The notes under the pieces were generated by a model that saw only the letters and a program-made list of their open reading frames with translations, was not told where the DNA came from and ran no database searches. The translations under genes were made by a program, and so were the position numbers. Below, one piece after another: positions 31,813-40,762 of a DNA stretch of 64,000 bases. The first letter of the stretch is position 1; the number at the start of each line of letters is the position of its first letter. The DNA comes from Fibrobacteria bacterium (GTDB lineage Bacteria > Fibrobacterota > Fibrobacteria > UBA11236 > JADFYW01): contig JBNKOC010000028.1 in assembly GCA_050294405.1 (NCBI GenBank), positions 192,001 to 256,000 of the forward strand, read 5' to 3'.

Positions 31813-32358
31813 TCAGGAAGGAGGCTGGGTGAGAGGAAACATGTGAAAATTGAATTGATATACGCAATCTGCTTCCCCGGGAGGGCCTTCCTTCGCGGCA
31901 AGCTCTTTGCCCAGGGCGGTAATTTTTTCCTTAAAAACCTGCAAATTTTTACTGGAAATATTAAGAGTTATAGTGGAAAAATCCATTTGCTGCCATGGTA
32001 ACTGTTGGAAAGTGGCTTGCGCCGCTTCGGAATTGCCCTGCTTGTTATTGATTCTGAATTTCGCCAGTTTCATCAGGCAGCGTTTTCGCTCATCCGGATC
32101 TTTTGCCTTTTCAAAAAGAATTAGCAATTGCAGATATTCCTTTTCATTTTTGCTGAATTTAAAGAGTTCGGAAAATTTCAAAGAAAGGTCGAGGGAAAGG
32201 TTTCTTTTTTTTTGAATGACTTTATTGAATGTGCTGGGGCTGATTCCTAACTTCAGGCCTAAATACCTGTAAGAGTACTTTTGATTCTGGGATTTTTTAA
32301 ACTCCAGAAAATCCGACAAAAATTTCCGATAATCCAAATATTCGTATATGTTTGCCAT
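31813..32358 (-). CDS. TIGR02147-type protein, shortened
   Basis: N-terminus IYEYLDYRKFL..SYR..LGIS..RNLS and C-terminus DFSTITLNIS...VYQFNFHMFPL. Confidence 0.8.
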   Translation of the reverse strand: MANIYEYLDYRKFLSDFLEFKKSQNQKYSYRYLGLKLGISPSTFNKVIQKKRNLSLDLSLKFSELFKFSKNEKEYLQLLILFEKAKDPDERKRCLMKLAKFRINNKQGNSEAAQATFQQLPWQQMDFSTITLNISSKNLQVFKEKITALGKELAAKEGPPGEADCVYQFNFHMFPLTQPPS

Positions 32359-32587
32359 CTAATCAGAGTATAGGCAAAATTCTGGATTAGAGTTGGGAAA
32401 AGCAAAAAAGCCAAGCCATTTGTTTGTTTTTGCATGAAATAAACTTGAATTAAATGACAAAATGACAGGTTTCCTTGAATTTTTAATTTATAATTGCTCA
32501 ATTTTCATTGAATTAAAAGTCTGAATACAGGCATAAAATTTGAGGGTTTAGTATTTTAAAGCATGGGTTTTTTCCCAGGAGGCATTT

Positions 32588-32755
32588 ATGAATCAGCCAG
32601 CTAGTATTTCCGCTAATGAAGATCATGCGGTTGAAAAAAAATTTCGAATGGTAAGTGAATGGGGATTGCCAGTTATCTTGGTTCTTACTGGATTGTTGAT
32701 GATTGGAATCGGCTATTATTTTTCCATTGTGGAACACGCACATTTGGAATTTTAA
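32588..32755 (+). CDS. Small single-pass membrane protein (55 aa)
   Basis: AGGAGG RBS. MNQPASISANEDHAVEKKFRMVSEWGLPVILVLTGLLMIGIGYYFSIVEHAHLEF. Downstream terminator present. Confidence 0.6.
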   Translation: MNQPASISANEDHAVEKKFRMVSEWGLPVILVLTGLLMIGIGYYFSIVEHAHLEF

Positions 32756-32846
32756 TTTTCATTAAGTCACCGAGTTTAGTTGGGCTTTTGCGGATCCATC
32801 TTAAAAAGATGCTGTACTAGGATTATTTCGAATTCCTTTTGGTTTT

Positions 32847-32877
32847 AAACCTGCAAAACCTATTGCAGGTTTTTTTG
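32847..32877 (+). terminator. Rho-independent terminator
   Basis: AAACCTGCAA-AACCTA-TTGCAGGTTT plus a T run. Confidence 0.75.
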
Positions 32878-32891
32878 TGCCTTGAAAGATT

Positions 32892-32927
32892 TGTAAAAAA
32901 AATGGCGAGCTGTCGTATTTTTTTACA
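32892..32927. promoter_or_regulatory. Candidate enhancer-binding-protein site (imperfect inverted repeat)
   Basis: TGTAAAAAAAATGGCGA-GC-TGTCGTATTTTTTTACA, about 50 bp upstream of a sigma54 promoter. Confidence 0.55.
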
Positions 32928-32975
32928 CTATTTTGCAGCAGTATTCAAATTTTAAAAAATTAAGCTAGAGATATT

Positions 32976-32991
32976 TGGCCCGTGCTTTGCA
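32976..32991 (+). promoter_or_regulatory. sigma54 (-24/-12) promoter
   Basis: TGGCCCGTGCTTTGCA with exact GG-N10-GC spacing. Confidence 0.75.
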
Positions 32992-33003
32992 ATTGTGATC
33001 ATC

Positions 33004-33169
33004 ATGAGGAAAACAATTATTGCATTATATGATGGACTTTAGTTACAAATTAACAACTTCCCTGGCTCTAGTATCCGAAGATCCCTCTGCTGTACCTGAA
33101 CCCGCCACTAAAGCCCTTTTAGGCTTGGGCGCTTTAGGTCTTTTCGGACTAGGCCGTCGCAAAAAATAA
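33004..33169 (+). pseudogene. Collapsed or minimal PEP-CTERM protein gene
   Basis: Frame 33029-33169 reads MMDFSYKLTTSLALVSEDPSAVPEPATKALLGLGALGLFGLGRRKK. A signal-like start MRKTIIAL at 33004 is in another frame. Confidence 0.7.
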
Positions 33170-33198
33170 TTTTTATAATTATCCATTTTGCGAATAAC

Positions 33199-33226
33199 AG
33201 CCCGGCCCTCTGGCCGGGCTTTTTAT
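33199..33226 (+). terminator. Rho-independent terminator after the PEP-CTERM gene
   Basis: AGCCCGGCC-CTCT-GGCCGGGCT-TTTT. Confidence 0.85.
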
Positions 33227-33340
33227 TTTATATTTGAAATTTTAGGGCTTCAAATGAGTTAGTCTGTGTTACGAATTAAAGATAATTGAAGCTCTACTAA
33301 TCCTATAATTTTTTGAAGAATTTTTTTGGGTGACATAACA

Positions 33341-34294
33341 ATGCAAATATCCCGATCCCAACTTCAAAAAGGAGTGCAACTCGAAACGGGAACTTCTGTT
33401 GACCTAATTTTAACCACAAGTCCGGCTATTTGTACCCGTATCACCGGGCTCCATTTTGAAACAGACAAAACATTTTTGTTGCCAAACGCTATCCCCAACC
33501 TTAAAGCTTTAACTCAAGTATTTGAGAGAAGCCCCGAAGGAGAAATACTAATTGTAGGACACACAGACACCACTGGAGCCAATGATTACAACCGAAAACT
33601 AAGTGTGGAAAGAGCACGGAATTTCGAAGCTTTTTTACGGGATGACCCTCAAGTGTGGCTAAAAAATTACAAGTCGCCATCCGCTGGAGATGCCTGGGGT
33701 ACTCGTGAGGATCAACTGATGTTAAGTAGCTTAGGTAACGATGGCATTCCTTTTTATACTGGACTTATTGACGGAGATAGTGGTGCTGAAACAAAGAAGG
33801 CTATTAGCAACTTTCAAGAGAGTGTTGAGCTTGAGAGTACAGGTTTTATGAACGATAACTCACGGGAGTTACTGATAAAAGCATACATGGCCGCAGACAA
33901 TACTTCTATTTCAGAACAGCGCATAACACTTATTCACGGCTGTGGGGAAGAGCATCCCCTGGTAGAAACCTCGGACAATGTAGACGAACAAAAAAACAGA
34001 AGAGTGGAGGTATTTTTATTTCCCTTTGAAACGACCCCACTGCCAGTAGATTGTGCTATTCCCGGAGGCTGTGATGAATACCAAAAGTGGCTGGATCAAG
34101 TGACAGAAACCATTATAATAGATGATAGCGACCCCGATGTTGTGGATAATTTTAAAGTGGAAAAGCGTTCCTTAACCAGGCCTCAAAAGGAAGAACACGT
34201 CACATTTGAGGAAGATGGAAAAAGAGTAACTATTGTTACTTTTCTCCATCTTCCGGATGCCAGCGAAAATTTTAACGGGTTTCCCTCAGTATGA
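33341..34294 (+). CDS. OmpA-like domain protein with inserted peptidoglycan-binding helices, no signal peptide
   Basis: HFETDK, VGHTDTTG..YNRKLSVERA, DG..G.ET..AI..FQ, GCGE.HP, NRRVEV. ATG at 33341. Confidence 0.8.
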   Translation: MQISRSQLQKGVQLETGTSVDLILTTSPAICTRITGLHFETDKTFLLPNAIPNLKALTQVFERSPEGEILIVGHTDTTGANDYNRKLSVERARNFEAFLRDDPQVWLKNYKSPSAGDAWGTREDQLMLSSLGNDGIPFYTGLIDGDSGAETKKAISNFQESVELESTGFMNDNSRELLIKAYMAADNTSISEQRITLIHGCGEEHPLVETSDNVDEQKNRRVEVFLFPFETTPLPVDCAIPGGCDEYQKWLDQVTETIIIDDSDPDVVDNFKVEKRSLTRPQKEEHVTFEEDGKRVTIVTFLHLPDASENFNGFPSV

Positions 34295-36126
34295 GTCTTG
34301 AAAAATACGAGAAGGCCATTAAAGAGGAAAAGGAACGTCTTAAAAAAGATTTATTATCTGGTCTTTTAAACACAAAAATTCTGTCCATACGCCGCACTGC
34401 AATTGAGTCTATGGTGGACCAGTTTGTTAATGTTCCCGCCAGTGTGGAGGTTTTCGATACCCTAAAGGACCCTGCAACAGGAGCCATAGGGCCTGAACAT
34501 TGGAGACTTTTTCAATGGAGAGAGGCAGACAAATTTTTATTTCCTCACTCAATAAATGAAGTGGAGAACTTAAAGTACGGCCAAAAGTTTATAGAGCTCG
34601 GAGCTTTTGTTGGAAATCTAAAAGTTTCCTTGAGAAGTCAAACCCGTGTAGAAGTGGATCGCCAAAATGGCGTTCAATTTATTATTAGAGATAATCCCGA
34701 TGCAAAAAAAATTGTGGATTTTGTTTGTGATGAATTTGGAACATGGTTTTTTGAACATCCCGTAGACAGAGTGTTTTTAAGTCTGAGTCCCAAAGCTTTG
34801 TTTGCCACATTTCTGGAAGAGCGAATCGATATGCAAATCCTTATTAGAATAAGTCAAAGCCTTCCTCCTGATGTGGAATCTGATAACATACCCGTTGACA
34901 GGCCTGCCATGGTGCAAGCGGCAAGTATGCTTATAGCTCTTATACCTGTGGTGGGCAATGCGGTTGCCGCCTATGAGGCCTATACCGGAAAAGATATATT
35001 TGGGTTTAGATTGACTGATTTGGAAAGAGGAATCCTTGCGGCCTCGGTGCTATTGCCCATAGCGGGAAGGCTGGTAAAATTTGGGCGAGCTCTTTATACC
35101 GAATCTCGATTGGTTGCCATGTATGGAAGGGATGCTGCGACCTGGAGCCGGGCTGTGCGGGATGGAGGAAGCGCCACAATCCAGAGAGCCCAAAGAAAAT
35201 CCATTAAGGAAGGAGAGGCTTCGGTAAGATCTCAAGCTCGTTTGAGCAATGCCCTTGCCACTTCGGCCAATAAGGGGGTTAAGGATATTGTTACAAATCC
35301 TTCCGCAATTGTAAAAGCTGCTGACAGCGAAGTATCTTCTTTATTTAATAAACTGATAACTCAACACCCCTTTTTAAAAAGCTTGGATGAGCTGTCGCTT
35401 CAAAGGATTATTGAAAAGGGCCCCAATGTAGATCATTTAAAAGGACAATTGTTAGAAGAGATTTTAGAATCAAAAATAATTCCCATATTGAGAGAACAGA
35501 GAGTTGCAGAAGCATTGGGGCTAAGCGTAGGTCGCAAAAGGTTGGAGTTTATTGCAGGGCATTTGATAAGGGACACGAAAGGTAAACAAATAACCGATGG
35601 AGTTTTGGCCGTTCGAGATGGAACATCCATTGAAATAGTAGCTGTCTTTGAAGCTAAAGCAGGTAAAAATGCCGCAAGAGAGTTGAGTTTAACAAGAACA
35701 AGTAAATCTTCACTTACAAAAGCTGAAAAGGAAGAATTAAGAGCTTATGCAAAAGATGTTTTTAGGGAAGAAAAAGAAATAGCTGCCGAAAAGGGTGTTA
35801 GCTTTAACAAAACATTGGAACAAGTGGAAGACGAAATTTTACTCAATGAATTAGGAGGTCAGGTAGTAAGAGATATTGAACGCCTCTCTGCTAATAATGC
35901 TTTAAAAATAGGGTCAGAAACAGTTCCCATTAAATTTTCACGGAATAAGACAAAGTTTTTTGGGGTTGTTCCTAAAGATGTGAAAACATCCAGCATCGAA
36001 ACGGAACTTGCTGCTGAAAATGTTAAATTTGAAATTATAGGCATGGATGTTACGCAGAATGATTTGAAAATAGTTTCTCAAAAGCTAAAAAGTCTAGCTG
36101 AAAAATTTACAAAGAAAAACCTCTGA
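34291..36126 (+). CDS. Putative polymorphic toxin: pre-toxin TG region plus C-terminal PD-(D/E)xK nuclease-like domain
   Basis: LIPVVGNAVAAYEAYTGKDIFGFRLTDLER; KGQLLEE...ITDG...FEAKAG...GQV. ATGA overlap with the upstream gene. Confidence 0.65.
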   Translation: MSLEKYEKAIKEEKERLKKDLLSGLLNTKILSIRRTAIESMVDQFVNVPASVEVFDTLKDPATGAIGPEHWRLFQWREADKFLFPHSINEVENLKYGQKFIELGAFVGNLKVSLRSQTRVEVDRQNGVQFIIRDNPDAKKIVDFVCDEFGTWFFEHPVDRVFLSLSPKALFATFLEERIDMQILIRISQSLPPDVESDNIPVDRPAMVQAASMLIALIPVVGNAVAAYEAYTGKDIFGFRLTDLERGILAASVLLPIAGRLVKFGRALYTESRLVAMYGRDAATWSRAVRDGGSATIQRAQRKSIKEGEASVRSQARLSNALATSANKGVKDIVTNPSAIVKAADSEVSSLFNKLITQHPFLKSLDELSLQRIIEKGPNVDHLKGQLLEEILESKIIPILREQRVAEALGLSVGRKRLEFIAGHLIRDTKGKQITDGVLAVRDGTSIEIVAVFEAKAGKNAARELSLTRTSKSSLTKAEKEELRAYAKDVFREEKEIAAEKGVSFNKTLEQVEDEILLNELGGQVVRDIERLSANNALKIGSETVPIKFSRNKTKFFGVVPKDVKTSSIETELAAENVKFEIIGMDVTQNDLKIVSQKLKSLAEKFTKKNL

Positions 36127-36143
36127 ACAATAGAAAGGAATAT

Positions 36144-36938
36144 ATGCCAAACCACGAATCCATTTTTAAAAAAACCTCAGAACTGCTCCCCGTTTCAAAT
36201 CCTACCGATGTTAGGGCCAACTTGGCTACAAATAAAACAGCCCCTGCCTGGAAAAAGCGAAATGTTAGCGAGCTCAAAGGAATGGTTTGGCACCAATCTT
36301 TGGGTTGGGGTTCTGTGGAAGCCGTAGCCAAATACCATACGGGAAAAAACTCTCACCTTCGGAAAGGCGGCGTGCGGAGTATTTCTTATACTTTCGCTGT
36401 TCGCCGCAATGGAGAAATTTTGCTTTGCAATGACCTGGAAAGCAGGGTATGGTCTCAAGGCTATAAAGGTAGGGAAGGGGATGAAAACGCTGAATTTGTA
36501 TCTGTTTTGTTTGAAGGTATGTTTAAGGCCGAAGGAGTAACGGACCCATCGGCGGGTGAACCCAATACTGCCCAAATATTGTCGGGACTTGCCCTATGGT
36601 CGGCTTGTAAAGAAGAGTGGGGTTGGAATGAGGATTGTTTATATGGGCATTTTCATTTTGGAAAGCCAGCCTGTCCGGGAGACAGTTTAAAGTCAGTGAT
36701 TTTGGCAGTTCGAGCAAATAAAGCCCCGGAAAAGAAAAAAAAGCAACTTAAGTTTGATAGCGTAAAAGCCAGGCAAACAGCTTTAAAAGAGCTTGGCTTT
36801 TATAAAGGAAAAATTGATGGAGATTGGGGGCCGGGAAGCAAGGGATCCCTCGCAGCCTTTCAGGCCAAATCAGGGTTAGTTGCTGATGGAATTTGGGGCC
36901 CCTTAACAGAAGCCACTGTTCGAAAAAAATTAGGGTAA
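36144..36938 (+). CDS. N-acetylmuramoyl-L-alanine amidase (Amidase_2/T7-lysozyme-like) with C-terminal PG-binding domain
   Basis: VWHQS, ISYTF, GHFHFGKPACPG; QTALKELGFY..IDGDWGP..FQ..GLVADGIWGPLT. Confidence 0.85.
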   Translation: MPNHESIFKKTSELLPVSNPTDVRANLATNKTAPAWKKRNVSELKGMVWHQSLGWGSVEAVAKYHTGKNSHLRKGGVRSISYTFAVRRNGEILLCNDLESRVWSQGYKGREGDENAEFVSVLFEGMFKAEGVTDPSAGEPNTAQILSGLALWSACKEEWGWNEDCLYGHFHFGKPACPGDSLKSVILAVRANKAPEKKKKQLKFDSVKARQTALKELGFYKGKIDGDWGPGSKGSLAAFQAKSGLVADGIWGPLTEATVRKKLG

Positions 36939-36956
36939 TTAAAGCGAGCTGAAAAA

Positions 36957-37032
36957 TGGTGGAGTCTAGGAGAGTCGAACTCCTGACCCCCTGCGTGCAA
37001 AGCAGGTGCTCTACCAACTGAGCTAAGACCCC
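36957..37032 (-). tRNA. tRNA-Ala(TGC)
   Basis: GGGGTCTTAGCTCAGTTGGTAGAGCACCTGCTTTGCACGCAGGGGGTCAGGAGTTCGACTCTCCTAGACTCCACCA: cloverleaf with encoded CCA. Confidence 0.97.
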
Positions 37033-37218
37033 AGCACCAATTTCAGGGCATTAAGTTAATAATTTCTTGTAAAAATTCCAGGGAAATTGCGCCTTAAAAT
37101 TTGCCTTTAGATGTTTTAAAATCCAACTTTTCAATGATTCGTGCCCATAGAAATGGCTTTTTGCTTAAAAGCTTGCAAAACCATAGGCTGATTGAAGGAG
37201 GAGGTGATGGATATTGTA

Positions 37219-38217
37219 TTAGCTTAAGTGTTCGAGATGGAAATTCCTAACAGCAGTGATTTTAGTTATAGTGGGCTCTATATTAAAAATGCCAAAAATT
37301 TTATTCTTAAGGCCTTTTGAAATTTCATCATTGTTATAAAGTATGTGTTCCTGGTAATATTTTTTAGCTTCCTCTTTTGAAATGTCTTCGTTGTTTACAA
37401 AATCACGCCAAACTTGTTTTTGTCTTTCTATAATGCTTCCATGCATGCGTTTGTTTTTTAGCTTAACGTAATTTTTGGTATGTCGATAAAAGTCGTCGAA
37501 ATCGTAAAAAAAATAATGTAATAAAGATTGAGGAGCCAGATAAGTATTGAGATTTTTGTCATCTTTTAAACCGACAAATTTATGTACAGTACCATGTTTT
37601 GCTTCAATTTCTAAATTGAATGCGCTTTTCCCTCGACCTTGACCATAATATCCATAAATATTGAAATATTCTTTTTTAATTGGGTCCCACATTTTTCTTT
37701 TTATTTTTTTTGTATTTTGCTTAAACAAGGTTTCTTCCAAAAATATATTTTCAGATGAAAGAAGCCGTTGTACTACTTCCAGGTTTTTAAATAGAACAGT
37801 TTCAGTGTTCAAGGGTATGCTTGAAAAAAATTTTTTTAGCTCTCCAGGTTTTTGATGCTCATGGTTGAGACAAATTAATTCATCTGCATCCAAGGAAATA
37901 ATCCAATTATAACCTTTGCTTCTTGCATGTTCGCTTGCCCACAACACATTTAATGATTGCCTAGCTGGATGGTGTGTTTTCCAATTATCTGTAAATATTT
38001 TTAATTCATTGCGACTTTTGTATTGGTCTCCATCCACAGAGTCTTGAAAACATACATAATCCAAATCTTCAACTGTCTCTCTTGTATTGTCTATAGATCC
38101 ATCATCAAATATGTAAAACTTGTCTACACCTAATTTTTTATGGTACAAAATGTTTTTGCGAAGAATTGCCGCTTCATTTTTTATTGTCATGGCAATGGCA
38201 ACTGATGGTAACTTCAT
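37219..38217 (-). CDS. Glycosyltransferase family 2-like (GT-A)
   Basis: IKNEA, YHKKLGV, FDDGSIDNT, WIISLDADE, GKS. Confidence 0.85.
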   Translation of the reverse strand: MKLPSVAIAMTIKNEAAILRKNILYHKKLGVDKFYIFDDGSIDNTRETVEDLDYVCFQDSVDGDQYKSRNELKIFTDNWKTHHPARQSLNVLWASEHARSKGYNWIISLDADELICLNHEHQKPGELKKFFSSIPLNTETVLFKNLEVVQRLLSSENIFLEETLFKQNTKKIKRKMWDPIKKEYFNIYGYYGQGRGKSAFNLEIEAKHGTVHKFVGLKDDKNLNTYLAPQSLLHYFFYDFDDFYRHTKNYVKLKNKRMHGSIIERQKQVWRDFVNNEDISKEEAKKYYQEHILYNNDEISKGLKNKIFGIFNIEPTITKITAVRNFHLEHLS

Positions 38218-38260
38218 TTAGGGATTTTTTTGGGACTAACTAGTTGTAAAAACTAAAGAA

Positions 38261-39430
38261 TTAATTTTTGCTTTTCCATTTAGATACACATGGGATTTTA
38301 GATGTATCACAGCGGTCTTTATATTTTTTTGCAATTGCAGTGACTTCTTCCATTAAGCCTTTTTCTAATGTTATTGGCTTTAAGCCTAAACCTACTAAGG
38401 TTGAGTTCTCCACATGCAAATCATTTTCAGCAGCTTCATTTCTAGGGTTTTCCAAATTTTCTATTTTTGCTCCAGTTAAATCAGATACCATTTGAGCTAA
38501 ATTTCTGACTCTATGGGTTTCTGTCATTTGATTCATGATCTTTACTCTAGAACCTGACTCTGGGGGATTTGTTAAAGCGAGTTCAATGCATCGCACAGTA
38601 TCCTGAATATTAATAAAAGCTCTGGTTTGGCCGCCAGTTCCATGAACTGTTAAAGGATAACCAACTGCAGCTTGCATTAAAAAACGATTGAGAACTGTAC
38701 CATAATCTCCATCATAGTCAAACCTGTTAATAAGTCTTTCATCCAGCTTAGACTCCTCTGTTTGAGTTCCCCATACAATACCCTGATGCAAATCTGTTAC
38801 TCTTACCTCATCATTTTTGTTGTAGTAAGCAAATAACAATTGATCTTGAGTTTTTGTCATGTGGTAGATACTACCTGGATTAACTGGATAGAGGATTTCC
38901 TGCTCTAGTGTGCTTCCCGTGTCATTCGGAACAAATACCTTTAAGTAGCCTTCGGGAATTTTCATTCCTGCAGTCCCATAACCATATACACCCATGGTAC
39001 CTAAATGAATTACATGGATATTTTGCTGGGATTCTACAATTGCAGCGAGCACATTATTTGTGGCGTTTAGATTGTTAGATACCGTGTATCTCTTATGCCA
39101 AGAAGATTTCATAGAATATGGGGCTGCTCGTTGTTCAGCAAAATGAACTACGGCATCAGGCTGGTAGTCCTTGAACAAAGTAAGCAGGCGGTGATAGTGA
39201 AGTGCCACATCAAATCTATAATATTCAATTTGATTCCCAGATACCTCTTTCCAAACACGTATCCTCTCACTGAGTGGCTTAATCGGTGTAAGAGATGAAA
39301 CTTCAAGTTCATTATCAATATTTCTTCTTACAAGGTTATCTACTATGACAACATTATGCCCATTTTTTGAGAGGTGCAAAGCCGAGGGCCATCCGCAAAA
39401 TCCATCTCCACCTAAAACTATTACTTTCAT
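38261..39430 (-). CDS. sqdB: UDP-sulfoquinovose synthase
   Basis: [65 protein letters not shown]. Confidence 0.92.
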   Translation of the reverse strand: MKVIVLGGDGFCGWPSALHLSKNGHNVVIVDNLVRRNIDNELEVSSLTPIKPLSERIRVWKEVSGNQIEYYRFDVALHYHRLLTLFKDYQPDAVVHFAEQRAAPYSMKSSWHKRYTVSNNLNATNNVLAAIVESQQNIHVIHLGTMGVYGYGTAGMKIPEGYLKVFVPNDTGSTLEQEILYPVNPGSIYHMTKTQDQLLFAYYNKNDEVRVTDLHQGIVWGTQTEESKLDERLINRFDYDGDYGTVLNRFLMQAAVGYPLTVHGTGGQTRAFINIQDTVRCIELALTNPPESGSRVKIMNQMTETHRVRNLAQMVSDLTGAKIENLENPRNEAAENDLHVENSTLVGLGLKPITLEKGLMEEVTAIAKKYKDRCDTSKIPCVSKWKSKN

Positions 39431-39559
39431 TGTTCCTCCATTATTTGGGCCCTGTTTTGTTCCAAATTTTCCAATTTTGCTGGCTCAATGACAATAGTTT
39501 TTTGAGTTTTTTTAAAAAATCGATTGTCCCTCTCAATGAATTTTTACCATAATTAATTC

Positions 39560-40261
39560 ATGATTAAGGCATTGGTTAAACAGGCCCTTTTTAAGGCCGG
39601 ATATAGACTGACCAAAAATTCAAGTATCAGGCACAGCAGAGGCTTTAATTCAATATATTTAAAAAAATTAATTGAGCCACAAACTGTATTTGATATTGGA
39701 GTTGCAACTGGTACTCCTGAATTATACAAGGCTTTTCCAGACGCTGAATATATACTAGTTGAACCTTTATTGGAGTATAAGAAGCAAATAGATGTCCACT
39801 TAAAGCATTTAAAAGGAAAGGCGTACTTTAAAGCGGTTTCTGATAAAGAAGGCCAAGCATCTATAACAGTTGATACAAACGATTTGCTAAGTTCCTCTAT
39901 GCATAATAGAAGCCCTTTGACTCGAAAAAATCACAAGTATATCAAAAAAGAAATTCAAACGATAACTTTGGATTCTATATATAAAGAAAATCCAAAATTA
40001 AAATCACCACTATTGATTAAAATTGATGTGGAAGGGCACGAATTGGAAGCGCTGAAAGGGGCGGAAAATTTATTAAAAGTGACTGATATGGTGATTGCTG
40101 AAACATCGATTGCGCCAAGGTTTGATGGAGGGTATTGCTTTGAAGACCTTATACTTTTTATGAAGAATAAAGGGTTTAACGTAAAAGACTTTTTAACTGT
40201 CCATTACGCAAAGGATGAGGTTGGCCCCAGGTTTGCTGATGTTGTTTTTGAAAAAAGGTGA
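39560..40261 (+). CDS. FkbM family methyltransferase
   Basis: VFDIGV, LVEP, ITLD, LIKIDVEGHELEALKGA. Confidence 0.88.
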   Translation: MIKALVKQALFKAGYRLTKNSSIRHSRGFNSIYLKKLIEPQTVFDIGVATGTPELYKAFPDAEYILVEPLLEYKKQIDVHLKHLKGKAYFKAVSDKEGQASITVDTNDLLSSSMHNRSPLTRKNHKYIKKEIQTITLDSIYKENPKLKSPLLIKIDVEGHELEALKGAENLLKVTDMVIAETSIAPRFDGGYCFEDLILFMKNKGFNVKDFLTVHYAKDEVGPRFADVVFEKR

Positions 40262-40361
40262 ACAAACTTTGTTTAAGAATTGTTTTTCACTGTTAGTTAA
40301 CAATTGACTCATCCATATTCCCACTTGCCGGGGGTCCATACGAAAATTAATTGATTGCGAT

Positions 40362-40532
40362 TGGGGAATGGTGGGCATGGGAAGAGTGGACATCGCCCCA
40401 TCCCTGGGGCTCGCCTGCGTTGCAGGTTGAAAATGGAAACGAAACTGCATTTAGAAAACCAATTTTCAATCGCTAAAACTCTTCCTTAAGTTTTAGTGAA
40501 CATTCCTCCCACCGCAAAATAAAAACGGCGCT
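40362..40532 (-). pseudogene. Degenerate tRNA-Ile copy interrupted in the T-loop by a palindromic insert of about 110 nt
   Basis: 40362-40385 is identical to 40565-40588 (24 bp). 40497-40532 aligns to the T-arm/anticodon arm with the anticodon region replaced by an A/T run. Confidence 0.7.
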
Positions 40533-40571
40533 GGTCGAAAGTTTCTGAGAATTGAAATTGTAAATGGGGAA

Positions 40572-40648
40572 TGGTGGGCATGGGAAGACTTGAACTTCCG
40601 ACCACCGCCTTATCAGAGCGGTGCTCTAACCAACTGAGCTACATGCCC
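40572..40648 (-). tRNA. tRNA-Ile(GAT)
   Basis: GGGCATGTAGCTCAGTTGGTTAGAGCACCGCTCTGATAAGGCGGTGGTCGGAAGTTCAAGTCTTCCCATGCCCACCA. Confidence 0.97.
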
Positions 40649-40762
40649 GTAATCCATGAATTTTTTCCGTTCGAATTTCGGCTTTTTAAGTTGGCTGAAA
40701 AAGACAGGCAAGGAGTGCATGGTATATACAAGAGAAGGTTAACATACTCGTAATTTTCTTCT

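Noticed and set aside
33227..36956. Classical integrase island or prophage at tRNA-Ala
   Set aside because: No integrase, no phage structural genes, and no duplicated tRNA-Ala 3' end found by eye.
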